A stretch of DNA of 37,336 nt from a virus (Duplodnaviria > Caudoviricetes): positions 1 through 37,336 of the IMG/VR virus record IMGVR_UViG_3300031779_000006; one strand, given 5' to 3'. The notes below the pieces were generated by a model. It was not told where the DNA came from. It made no database searches and was given only the letters and a program-made list of their open reading frames with translations. The stretch's first letter is position 1; each line of letters begins with the position of its first letter. The position numbers and the translations under genes were made by a program. Positions 8,988 to 17,696 of the stretch are shown here, piece by piece.

Positions 8988-9270
8988 GGTCATCAGCGCG
9001 ATGTCCGACGCGGCCGAGATGAGCTATATCCCGGACGGCCCGAAGGACCTGATGAGGATGCTGGAGTGTTTCCCGCACCTGTTCGAGATGCTGGGTGCCG
9101 GGATGCACGAGCTGGGCCAGTACATGTCCGGGCTGGGCGGCGTCCTGGAGGAGCAGGGCGCGGCCATGGAGGACGCGGCGGGCACCGTGGACGCCCTGTT
9201 CGGGACGACGAGCGACATCTTCCTGGCCGTCAACGAGCAGGGCGGCGGCTTCTGGGCCAGTGACGGATGA
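8977..9270 (+). CDS. helical-hairpin protein, TraA-like (tentative)
   Basis: Acidic amphipathic 97 aa resembling 632-904. Confidence 0.65.
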   Translation: MAGEVISAMSDAAEMSYIPDGPKDLMRMLECFPHLFEMLGAGMHELGQYMSGLGGVLEEQGAAMEDAAGTVDALFGTTSDIFLAVNEQGGGFWASDG

Positions 9271-9524
9271 CGTCGCCTGAGTACCGTCGGCGCCGGGATG
9301 ACGTCCAGCCGGGCGACCTCGCCTGGCAGCCTCCCGCCCGGCTGATGAAAGGCGGCCACCGGATCAGCCTGCGGCCCGGCTGGCGGCCGATCCAGACCCG
9401 TAGGTATCCCGCCTGGTGGTGGCCGTTCGAGATCGCGAACCGCTGGCAGGCCCGGGCCGCGAAGCACCTGAGCGAGGAGCTGCGCCGCGGCGAGGAGCAG
9501 ATCCCGGACGAAACTTCCCACTGA
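9267..9524 (+). CDS. hypothetical protein
   Basis: ATGA overlap; last gene of the run. Confidence 0.6.
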   Translation: MTSPEYRRRRDDVQPGDLAWQPPARLMKGGHRISLRPGWRPIQTRRYPAWWWPFEIANRWQARAAKHLSEELRRGEEQIPDETSH

Positions 9525-9525
9525 A

Positions 9526-9543
9526 GTTCCCATCGGTGGGAGG
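9526..9543. repeat. near-palindromic repeat copy 1 (GTTCCCATCGGTGGGAGG)
   Basis: 18/18 match to reverse complement of 30586-30603; 16/16 to 19410-19425. Confidence 0.85.
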
Positions 9544-9969
9544 ATCGCGATCAGCCCCCGCGCAGAGGGGGAGTACGTCCGCGGTGTCTGGGGCCAGTGT
9601 CCCGCCTGCCCGGACCTGGTGCGCCGATTTGAACCTTGGTCCTGCAGCGGGAGCTAGCCTCCTTGCTGGGTGCCCTCGGGAGGTCGCAGTACTCTCCTCC
9701 GGGCTCCCCTTCCGCGAGGGCTTCTCACGTGTGATTACCGCCAGCCGCGGCGGGTCTTCCTGTGTCTTGCCTAGCTGACAGCCAGAGCCCGTCCGGACCC
9801 GGGTGGCCAGCAACTCCAGGCACTGCAAACCTAGACCCGTCTACTGCTCACAGTCAACACATGACGCAGGGTTACCGTTACTGTCAGTGACACTTGCGCG
9901 GGGGCTTGCGTCAGATGAGGCACTTTGTTTACGGTGTGAAATTAACCGCGCACGAGAGGTCATCCGCAC

Positions 9970-10851
9970 ATGCCCCAGTACCAGACCGGCAGCTCCCGGG
10001 CCGACTCCGTCAACAACCCGGTCATCGCCGGCGAGCTACGCCGGTTCCGGGAGAGCCTGAACGGCGTGACCGGCGACCGGGTCGCGGCCGACCTGAAATG
10101 GTCGCCGTCCAAGGTTTCCCGGCTGGAGCGCGGCCGGACCGCGACCAGGCGCAAGGCGCTCGCCCAGATCCTGTCCTACTACGCTCAGTGGCACGGGATG
10201 GCCCCGGAAAAGGCCGAGGCGCTGATGCGGATGTTCGATGCGGCGATGGAGCAGTCCGGGCTGCTGAACGCCTGGCTCGGCCCGTCCGTGCTCGCCGCTA
10301 CGGTCACCGAGTGGGCGCCGTACGCGGTGCCGCGCCTGCTGCAGGTCCCGGCCTACGCCAGGGCCGTCTTGCGCGAGATGCAGCAGGTCACCCAGATGCC
10401 GCCGTCCGAGATCGAGGACACGGCCGCCGCGATCGCTCGCTGGCAGGCCCGGCTGAAGGACAAGCCTCCTGTCGCGCTGCGCGCCCTGCTCGATGAGGGC
10501 GTGCTGCACCGGGTGGTCGGCAGCCCGGCCGTCATGCGCGACCAGCTCAGGTACCTGGAGAAGATCTCCACGACCCGGGGCACCGATGTCCAGATCCGGA
10601 TCCTGCCGCTGTCCGCGTCCGGCCCGCGGTGGACCAACGGGTTCGCCTACCTGGAGTACGCGCCGCCGGCCGATGGCACGACCCCGCCACCGCCGCCCGA
10701 GGTGGTCACCGAGGACCTGGAAGGACCTGCCCAGCCGGACCTGAACGAGCGGCTGACCTGGAAGCGGTACACGCTGTGGACCCAGTTGTGGGCCGTCGCC
10801 GACGAGCCCGGCCCGGCGGTCAAGCGGGCGCTGACCGAGACCTGGACCTGA
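9970..10851 (+). CDS. XRE-family HTH regulator with DUF5753 domain (WhiJ/Scr1-like)
   Basis: ELRRFRE...VAADLKWSPSKVSRLERG; VPRLLQVPAYARAV; LDEGVLHRVVGSPAVMRDQLRYL. Confidence 0.9.
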   Translation: MPQYQTGSSRADSVNNPVIAGELRRFRESLNGVTGDRVAADLKWSPSKVSRLERGRTATRRKALAQILSYYAQWHGMAPEKAEALMRMFDAAMEQSGLLNAWLGPSVLAATVTEWAPYAVPRLLQVPAYARAVLREMQQVTQMPPSEIEDTAAAIARWQARLKDKPPVALRALLDEGVLHRVVGSPAVMRDQLRYLEKISTTRGTDVQIRILPLSASGPRWTNGFAYLEYAPPADGTTPPPPPEVVTEDLEGPAQPDLNERLTWKRYTLWTQLWAVADEPGPAVKRALTETWT

Positions 10852-11301
10852 TCAGGGGCTCCCGGTCACCGGCACGGGCGGGGATCCGGTTGCCGGCGGC
10901 GGCGGGCTGACGGACGGGAACGTCGGGCTCGTCGTGACGGACGGGACCGGGGTCGTGATCACCGGAGCCGGGCTCGTGCTGCTGGCGGACGGGGCCGGTG
11001 ACCGAGTCGGCGTCAAGTGCGTACTGGGCGCGACGTAGGACGGGGCCGGGGAGTAGCCTGCTGGTGCGGGACTGACGCCGCCCGTGCTGCGGGGCGCTGG
11101 CCGTGTCGCCGCGTGGTGAGTGCTCGTCCCGGCCGGCCGGGCTGACGGTTCCCCGCTCCCTTGAGGCCCGGCCGGCGCTGGCGAGCTGATGCTGGTGATG
11201 ATGTAGGCGGTGCCCGCGCCCGCCAGCGCGGACAGCGCGAGCACCAGTGCCGCCCAGAACAGCCAGCCGCCCGCCGGGCGCCAGCGATCCCGCCACCGCA
11301 T
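10852..11301 (-). CDS. single-pass membrane protein with Pro/Ser/Thr-rich tail
   Basis: GGAAGG before ATG; one hydrophobic helix; low-complexity C-terminus. Confidence 0.65.
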   Translation of the reverse strand: MRWRDRWRPAGGWLFWAALVLALSALAGAGTAYIITSISSPAPAGPQGSGEPSARPAGTSTHHAATRPAPRSTGGVSPAPAGYSPAPSYVAPSTHLTPTRSPAPSASSTSPAPVITTPVPSVTTSPTFPSVSPPPPATGSPPVPVTGSP

Positions 11302-11530
11302 GAGAAAAATCCTTCCCGCCGTGTAAACCACCCTGGCCGGCGCCGCGTCTCCTGTATGTGCGCCAGGGGGAGATTACCGGCCACACAGCCATTCTCGTGA
11401 AGTGCCGGCGAATGTCGTGTAACGATCCGGTCAACATGGCGAGTCAATCCGAAGGTTACCGACAGGGTCCTCTAAGGTTCCAAGAGGTGGCACACTGCTG
11501 CCCGAAAACACACGCAGGAGGGGCATAGGA

Positions 11531-12655
11531 ATGTCCGAATCCGAAGGAAAGCGCCGCCGCAGATGGCGCGCGCCGGCCACGATCGCCGGGACGCTCGCGG
11601 TCCTGATGGCCGGGGCCGTAGCAGCCTGGGCTGCCGTATCAGCAGCGCCGCAGGTCACCACGATCGGGATGGGTGGCTATAACGTCAACACTCCCGGCAT
11701 CACGGGCAACCAGGAGGTCGTCCAGCCCGACCAGTACGGACTGACTCTGCAGGCCGGCCGGCAGGGCATCCAGGAGTGCAACAGCGTGACCGGTGACTCG
11801 GCCAAGCTGGGCCTGTTCAGCAACAACCTCACGACGGTATTCCAGGCGCAGTGGGCGGTCGCCTCTGCTCCCGGATGCCCTGCCAACGGACCTCTCCCGG
11901 GTACGACGATCCCGGCCCTGTCCGCGGTTCCCTTCAACCACCATGTGTGGCTGAACGAATCTCTCGTGACCAAGACCAAGCGGGTCAAGCTGCTCATCTG
12001 CATCCTGAAGGACAAGCACAACGACCAGCCCGTCCCGACGCCGACCGGCACCGGAGCACCGGACAATTCGCCGTTCGGCGGCGGCCAGGACCACGTCCCC
12101 GGCCTGGGCAACGTCCCCGGCACCCAGGACAAGCTGCCGAACGACTTCATCAAGTGCTTCATCATCGTGAAGACCTTCACCAAGCAGACGATCGTCTTCG
12201 AGGCACAGGACCTGGACGCACCGACCGGAACCCCGGTCGCGGGTGACCTGCCTGGCGTGCAGACCGTCGTCGTCCCGCTCGGCCCGATCTTCCACCACAC
12301 CGTGGTCAGCTTCGACAACGCCTCCTGGGGCGCGAATGAGACCACCACCGGCATGGTGCCCTGCACCGGCAACGGATTCCCGGCCGTCCTGGCCGGCCCC
12401 GCGGCCTACACCAGCGATGCCTGCCAGCCGATCTCGGTCGGCGAGTACGCGACCTTCAACGTCGGTGCTGCGGTCAACCCGCTGAGCGGGCCTGCGACCG
12501 TCACCGAGCTCATCAGCCCGAACAACACGGGCGCTACCGTGGCACCGAACAACTCGCTGAGCGCGGTCAACACCGGCCCGCACGGCACCGCGTCGGACGC
12601 GTCCACGACCGGCGGCCACTACGCGCTGTTCACTGCCAACGCACCAACCAGCTAG
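11531..12655 (+). CDS. secreted protein, beta-rich, unknown function
   Basis: Basic N-terminus plus hydrophobic signal; SD AGGAGG; six Cys; high GC3. Confidence 0.8.
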   Translation: MSESEGKRRRRWRAPATIAGTLAVLMAGAVAAWAAVSAAPQVTTIGMGGYNVNTPGITGNQEVVQPDQYGLTLQAGRQGIQECNSVTGDSAKLGLFSNNLTTVFQAQWAVASAPGCPANGPLPGTTIPALSAVPFNHHVWLNESLVTKTKRVKLLICILKDKHNDQPVPTPTGTGAPDNSPFGGGQDHVPGLGNVPGTQDKLPNDFIKCFIIVKTFTKQTIVFEAQDLDAPTGTPVAGDLPGVQTVVVPLGPIFHHTVVSFDNASWGANETTTGMVPCTGNGFPAVLAGPAAYTSDACQPISVGEYATFNVGAAVNPLSGPATVTELISPNNTGATVAPNNSLSAVNTGPHGTASDASTTGGHYALFTANAPTS

Positions 12656-12672
12656 CGGCTGGTCCGCCTCCG

Positions 12673-12709
12673 CCTCCCGGGAGGCCGTCGCGTACGGTCC
12701 TCCCGGGAG
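12673..12709 (+). terminator. GC-rich hairpin after secreted-protein gene
   Basis: CTCCCGGGAGG...CCTCCCGGGAG inverted repeat. Confidence 0.5.
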
Positions 12710-12839
12710 AGGGGCAAAGGGGAGGGTAATCCGGTGAAGCTAGCTGTCATCACGGCTGCCTTCCCCTGCACTCAGCAAGACGCCGGCCAGCGGAGAGGCC
12801 GCTGGCCGGCTAGCGCGCAAAACCCAAAGGGAGGGTATT

Positions 12840-13301
12840 ATGCGCATCAGGTCAGCACTTGTCACGGCCGCAGTATTCCTGGGGGCCGCCAGCGCGGCGC
12901 TCGGGGCCAGCCCGGCGTTCGCGTCGGACAACGCCCCCGGAGCCACGCTCTACGCCGACCAGACCTACTGCGGCGGCGCGGGCTCCGTCCCGTCCGTCGA
13001 CCCGGTTGACCCGGCCCAGGTGACCGGTTTCGCCAACTTCCAGCTCAACTCGGACGGCACCACCGTCAGCGAGGAGTTCCACCTCAAGGGCGCGCTGCCG
13101 GACACCACGTACGACGTGTACGCCTACAGCAACTTCTGCTCGTTCGACAAGTACCTCGGCGCGGTGACCACGAACCACAACGGCGTGGCCAACCTGACCG
13201 GCACCTTCACCATCCCGGCAGGCGGCACGGTCTGGAACTACGCCCAGCCGCGCCCGTACAACCAGGAGAACAACGTGGAGACGGCTCCGCAGAACCCGTA
13301 A
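12840..13301 (+). CDS. secreted protein, unknown function
   Basis: Signal peptide ending ASPAFA; SD GGGAGG. Confidence 0.8.
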   Translation: MRIRSALVTAAVFLGAASAALGASPAFASDNAPGATLYADQTYCGGAGSVPSVDPVDPAQVTGFANFQLNSDGTTVSEEFHLKGALPDTTYDVYAYSNFCSFDKYLGAVTTNHNGVANLTGTFTIPAGGTVWNYAQPRPYNQENNVETAPQNP

Positions 13302-13309
13302 CCCCCTAG

Positions 13310-13360
13310 AGCACGACGGCCCGTCATTCGCGGAGGCGGTGGCGGGCCGCCGTCATGCTC
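13310..13360. terminator. imperfect hairpin between convergent operons
   Basis: GAGCACGACGGC...GCCGTCATGCTC. Confidence 0.5.
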
Positions 13361-13505
13361 AGGGACGTTCGGGCGGCGGGACCTTGCCGGTGCCGACGCA
13401 CGTCGTGCACGGCTGCGGTCCGATCCCGTGCGCGAGCCCATTGCCCTGGATCTTGGACGGATGCGGCGGGTTCGGGTAAGTGGGCGGCATGGGATCAGTA
13501 TGCGC

Positions 13506-14255
13506 TCAGGCCGCTGCCTCGGCCTCCCGCCAGGCGGCCAGCTGACCCGCGATCCAGGTGCCCAGGTACGGCGGAATCGCCTCGGCGACGGCCTCGCGGT
13601 CGCTCATCCAGTCGATCTCCATCACGCTGAACACGGGTTTCTTGCGCTCGTGCCCGGCTACGGACACGAACCGGCCTGGAATCCAGTGCCCGGCCCGCGC
13701 CGTGGGCACCGGATGTGGCCACCCGCACTCGCGGTTTACCCTGGTCCTGTCCTTTGTGAAGGACCGTTCCGGAGCAGGCGGCGGTTCTAGTCGCAGGCCG
13801 CCGCCCGCTTCTAGCAGCCGGTGCCGGTACCCCGGGCGGTCGAACATGTGCATGCACAGGCACACCGGATCCCGCAGCTCGCCCAGGCCCGGAGACGGGA
13901 CCACGTTCTCGATCACGAACGGGCCGCCCCAGGCATCCAGTAGCGGCTGCATCGGTGCGATTAGCCTCGGGTACCTGGCCCGGACCTCGGGCGGTTGGCA
14001 GTTCATCATCTTGCTGTAGCCCTGGCACGGCGGGTGCGCGGTGACAAACGAGAACCGATCGAGAAACCAGCGGGCGGTCAGTACCTCCATCGCGTCGGCG
14101 CAGATGAATTCGTGCGCGCCCGAACGCAGGTACCCCTTCCGGCAGCCAGGGTCGATGTCGACGCCGATCACGTAGTGCCCAGCCCGGACCAGGCCGCGGG
14201 CGCCGCCGCCCTCGCCGCAGCACAAGTCCAGCGTGATCTCCTGGTACGTGGTCAT
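13506..14255 (-). CDS. DNA cytosine-C5 methyltransferase (short phage type)
   Basis: LDLCCGEGG, GVDI, HPPCQ, IENV, R-H-R, EAIPP motifs. Confidence 0.9.
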   Translation of the reverse strand: MTTYQEITLDLCCGEGGGARGLVRAGHYVIGVDIDPGCRKGYLRSGAHEFICADAMEVLTARWFLDRFSFVTAHPPCQGYSKMMNCQPPEVRARYPRLIAPMQPLLDAWGGPFVIENVVPSPGLGELRDPVCLCMHMFDRPGYRHRLLEAGGGLRLEPPPAPERSFTKDRTRVNRECGWPHPVPTARAGHWIPGRFVSVAGHERKKPVFSVMEIDWMSDREAVAEAIPPYLGTWIAGQLAAWREAEAAA

Positions 14256-14947
14256 GGGCGGGCCGTCCTGGTCGTCGCGACGGGCCGGATCTCGGTGATC
14301 GCGCCGCTGGGCGCGTGCACCGTGACCAGGTGCTCACCCTCCTCGGGTACCGGGCCGGGCTCGCCCTTGAGGCGGAACCCGGAGTCGGCCAGGCCGCCGA
14401 TCAGGCTGTCCCGGGTGAACGTGGCCCGCTGCCGCCCTTCGCCCAGGTCCTCGCGCTCGGCCGCGCCGTCGATGCTGAACGGGCCGTCCTGGACCGGCAG
14501 CGCGACGGCCTCGGAGTTGTGCCACCGGCAGATGTCGCCGGGGTCCGGGCCGTACTGGATGTAGAACACCGTGTCGGTGCCCCGGTCGGCCGGGTCGATC
14601 CCGTACCGCAGGCACTCGGCCTGCCACTCCTCGTCGGTGGTCTCCCACTCTTTCCGGCCGGCCAGGTAGATGCCGAAGCCCTTGAGCCGGTCGTCCGGGT
14701 CGCGGCGGCCGTACAGCACCTCGATGGTGACCACCAGGTCGCCGGGCTCGGGATGGGAGATCCGGTCGCTCATCCGCCGGACTACCGGGGCTGGGCTGCC
14801 GACCAGAGTCGCGGTGCGCAGGTTCCGGCCCATCGCGATCAGGGCCTCGCGGTGCGCGAGGGCCGGTTCGCGCAGCGACAGCAGCATGTGCTCGCTCATG
14901 TCGGTGCCGCGGACGCCCTCGAATGGCTGCGGCCAGCTCTGGGTCAT
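14252..14947 (-). CDS. hypothetical protein
   Basis: ATGA overlaps on both sides; start MTQSWPQ. Confidence 0.75.
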   Translation of the reverse strand: MTQSWPQPFEGVRGTDMSEHMLLSLREPALAHREALIAMGRNLRTATLVGSPAPVVRRMSDRISHPEPGDLVVTIEVLYGRRDPDDRLKGFGIYLAGRKEWETTDEEWQAECLRYGIDPADRGTDTVFYIQYGPDPGDICRWHNSEAVALPVQDGPFSIDGAAEREDLGEGRQRATFTRDSLIGGLADSGFRLKGEPGPVPEEGEHLVTVHAPSGAITEIRPVATTRTARP

Positions 14948-15501
14948 AGAACCCCCTCGATCATCATGGCCAGGACGAACCCGTGGCCCATCTTGCGTTT
15001 CTCGTCGTTGACCACGTCGTCCCAGGAGTACCCGAGCGCGCGGTGGTCGTAGGCGTCGAAATCCACGATCACCAGGTCGCCCAGCCTGGCCTGTTCGCGC
15101 AGGATCAGGAACAGGGCGAGCTGGTGGAACCGGACCGCCTGGGAGTACAGCGGGATGTAGATCCGCCGCCGGGCATCGACGTAGCCGAGCTCGTCGCCGG
15201 CCCACAGCGAGTGCAGCGGCCGGGCGCCCTTGCCCATCGGGTACCGCTCAGCGCGCTGGCTGTCCCAGCCTGCCCGAGCCCACGGCCAGTAACCGTCGTA
15301 CCGATACTGCGGGTAAACCTTGGCGTACTGCCACGCGTTTTCCATGGTCCGCGACCACATCTCGCCGTAGAGCGGAACCGGGCCGAGCAGCATCGGGCTC
15401 AGCGGGCGGAACTGGCTGCCGTGCGTGGTCACGTCACACCACGTCCGCTGATCACCCGGGCCGCTGAAAGCCCGGCCGGGCGGGATCACCTGAACGGTCA
15501 T
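14944..15501 (-). CDS. DUF6939-like / NADAR-like protein (tentative)
   Basis: LSPM..GPV, ENAWQYAKVY, LGYVDARRRIYIPLY, DFD, GHGFVL motifs; SD GAGGAGG. Confidence 0.6.
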   Translation of the reverse strand: MTVQVIPPGRAFSGPGDQRTWCDVTTHGSQFRPLSPMLLGPVPLYGEMWSRTMENAWQYAKVYPQYRYDGYWPWARAGWDSQRAERYPMGKGARPLHSLWAGDELGYVDARRRIYIPLYSQAVRFHQLALFLILREQARLGDLVIVDFDAYDHRALGYSWDDVVNDEKRKMGHGFVLAMMIEGVL

Positions 15502-15510
15502 CGCGCCTCC

Positions 15511-15777
15511 TCAGAAATCGTGCATGCAGAGGGGGCAGAACCAGGCATCGTTTACGCTGGTTATTTCCGGCACCCGGGTTTCTCCTGGCCAGCGGGGCAG
15601 GGGGCTGGCGTTGACCTCCCGGACGCCTTTGTTGTACTCGGTCACCAGTTCGGCCTCGGTGCGGTACAGGTGCCCGCATTCCAGGCAGGCGCGGTAGTGC
15701 GGGCCGTCTTCGTCCACGTCGTGAGACCAGCAGTGAACCGGGGCACATGCCGCCGTGATCTCGTGGATTTCGCTCAT
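15511..15777 (-). CDS. Cys/His-rich hypothetical protein
   Basis: HCWSH, CLECGH, CPLCMHDF. Confidence 0.75.
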   Translation of the reverse strand: MSEIHEITAACAPVHCWSHDVDEDGPHYRACLECGHLYRTEAELVTEYNKGVREVNASPLPRWPGETRVPEITSVNDAWFCPLCMHDF

Positions 15778-15983
15778 GTGACCGGCCCCCTGCCGGGCAG
15801 GAACTCCGGGCTGAGCACCGCGACGGCGGATGCCTCCCGGTACGCGTTGCTGTGCTGGCAGTCCCGGCAGGTCACCGCGAGCGGGTCGGTACTCAGCCGG
15901 CTCGGCGGGACCCAGTTCCCCTTGCCGCAGGCGGGGGTGCCGCCGTCTCCGGGCTTGCGGTAGTGCATGACGGGCTTCCCCAT
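15774..15983 (-). CDS. small zinc-binding protein
   Basis: H...ACG...VTCRDC; SD AGGAG. Confidence 0.75.
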   Translation of the reverse strand: MGKPVMHYRKPGDGGTPACGKGNWVPPSRLSTDPLAVTCRDCQHSNAYREASAVAVLSPEFLPGRGPVT

Positions 15984-16028
15984 ACCGGCGTCTCCTGATC
16001 GTGCTGCTGCTTTCCCTGTCTCTTAGAG

Positions 16029-16034
16029 TATACT
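16029..16034 (+). promoter_or_regulatory. -10 element, probable leaderless transcript
   Basis: TATACT 6 nt upstream of ATG 16041 in a short AT-rich divergent gap. Confidence 0.55.
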
Positions 16035-16040
16035 TGACAT

Positions 16041-16256
16041 ATGCAAGGTGAGGATAGCGTCCCGGAGTTCCTGCCCCCGCCGGGGTACGGGCCGTGGTTC
16101 GAGGCAGCTTACTTCGGTGACTGCGACGGCTGCGGATCCCGGATCGTGCCCGGGGACCAGATCCGGTCGGACGGCGAGGGCGGCTGGCTGTGCGGGATCT
16201 GCGGTGACCGCGGTGGCGGGCTGACTACCGTCCCGGTATCGGGAGAGTACCTGTGA
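16041..16256 (+). CDS. small zinc-ribbon protein
   Basis: CDGC...CGIC. Confidence 0.7.
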   Translation: MQGEDSVPEFLPPPGYGPWFEAAYFGDCDGCGSRIVPGDQIRSDGEGGWLCGICGDRGGGLTTVPVSGEYL

Positions 16257-16267
16257 GGAGGCCGACC

Positions 16268-16417
16268 ATGACTGAAAACGGGGAACAGGACCGCCGCCGC
16301 CGTAAGGCCATGCTCGCCTTCGCGGTCGTCGCCCTGGTCGCCGCGCTGGCCAACGCGGTGCTGCGCAGCCGGGACGTCTACCGGGCCTGGCGCGAGGAGC
16401 AGGAGGACGAGCCGTGA
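16268..16417 (+). CDS. small membrane protein (49 aa), not in ORF track
   Basis: SD GAGGAGG; one hydrophobic helix; GTGA overlap. Confidence 0.65.
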   Translation: MTENGEQDRRRRKAMLAFAVVALVAALANAVLRSRDVYRAWREEQEDEP

Positions 16418-16761
16418 GCGGGAAGCCGACCCCCTCGCGCAAGCACCAGGTCTGGGAACGGGACGGCTGGACGTGCCTGGTTCCGCGGTGCTGGCACCCC
16501 GAGGAGGACGGCGGGCGGGCCATCGACCCGGAGCTGGCCGGAACGGACGGGGACTGGTCGCCCACCGTGGACCACATCGTCATGCGCTGCGACGGCGGCA
16601 CCAACGCCTGGACCAACCTGCGCTCGGCGCACAAGATCTGCAACATCCGCTGGGCGCTGACCCAGGGCGCGCTGGCCATCGGAGCCCGGATCGGGGCCGA
16701 GGCGGCGGCCCGGCTGGTGGACCTGATCACGGTCCTGACCGGCCAGTTAACCCTTCAGTGA
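16414..16761 (+). CDS. HNH endonuclease
   Basis: VWERDGWTC...C; PTVDHIVMRCDGGTNAWTNLRSAHKICN. Confidence 0.9.
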   Translation: MSGKPTPSRKHQVWERDGWTCLVPRCWHPEEDGGRAIDPELAGTDGDWSPTVDHIVMRCDGGTNAWTNLRSAHKICNIRWALTQGALAIGARIGAEAAARLVDLITVLTGQLTLQ

Positions 16762-16786
16762 ACACGATCACGATCAGGAGACAGGC

Positions 16787-17323
16787 ATGCCGAAAAAAGG
16801 GCAACCCCGAAAATGGCGGGGTACCGACGCGCGCCAGCTGATAGCCGCGCTGAAAAAGGCCGGGATCAAGGGCGAAGACATCTGGTACTCCGCCGATAAC
16901 CATATCCAGATCAGGTGCCCGGACGGTGAGGTTGTCACCCTCCCGTCCGACCTGAGTGCCGCGCGTACCTACGCCAACGCCCGCCGACAGCTCGGGCTTC
17001 ACGGCGCCGCCATCCCCGCCCGCGGCGGGGGCGGATCCCGGAACGACCACGGTCGCCCGGAGCGCCACAACGGCCACCACCGCCGGCTCGCAATGGTCAC
17101 CCGCTGGAACCCCGGAGAGACTTACGGGCTGGCCACCTCCCGCGATAAGATCACCTGGTTCATCTCCCGGTCGCGGCTGCGGCCCGGGGTGGCAGAGGAG
17201 CTGGCAGAGGGCAGGTTCGTCACGTTCACCGGCAACCCGGTGCCCGACCTGCACCAGCGGTACCCGCACGCAGTAGACGTCAGGCCCGCTGAGCCCCCGG
17301 CCCGAGGAGAGAAGATCGCATGA
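16787..17323 (+). CDS. HicA-like domain fused to cold-shock (OB) domain
   Basis: N: RQLIAALKKAG...NHIQIRCPDGEVVTLP; C: VTRWNPGETYGLATSRDKITWFISRSRL...LAEGRFVTF...PHAVDVRP. Confidence 0.7.
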   Translation: MPKKGQPRKWRGTDARQLIAALKKAGIKGEDIWYSADNHIQIRCPDGEVVTLPSDLSAARTYANARRQLGLHGAAIPARGGGGSRNDHGRPERHNGHHRRLAMVTRWNPGETYGLATSRDKITWFISRSRLRPGVAEELAEGRFVTFTGNPVPDLHQRYPHAVDVRPAEPPARGEKIA

Positions 17324-17637
17324 CTGAACAGGCCCCTCCCGGCGGCTGGGCGCGATGCGCCGGGTTCGATGGCAGGGCCGTCTCACCGGGCGACGCGAAG
17401 ATCATCCGTGATTACGCCGCGTTCCTGGCCGCCCGCGAATCCGACCCGCTGCTGCAGTGGCTGGAACTCGCGGGCGCTCATGACGGCGGGCAGTTCTGGC
17501 GGGCCTGGTACTGCCCGCAGCCCCCGCCGGGCCGGCTGTTCCGCGTCACCGGGTCGGAGTGGATCGGCCCGGGGCCGGATGGGTTCTGGACGCAGAGGAT
17601 CCTCTCAATCGAACTGGCAGAGGTTGACGCAAAGTAA
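17320..17637 (+). CDS. hypothetical protein
   Basis: ATGA overlap, SD GAGGAG. Confidence 0.65.
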   Translation: MTEQAPPGGWARCAGFDGRAVSPGDAKIIRDYAAFLAARESDPLLQWLELAGAHDGGQFWRAWYCPQPPPGRLFRVTGSEWIGPGPDGFWTQRILSIELAEVDAK

Positions 17638-17696
17638 CCACATGAGACACTAGGGACCGGAGAGCGGGTTTAGCGCCGGAACCCGGGGAGTCCACC

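Noticed and set aside
4714-9969. clt-like cluster of 8-bp TraB recognition repeats
   Set aside because: No clustered direct repeats found; scattered GACCCGGA matches are intragenic.
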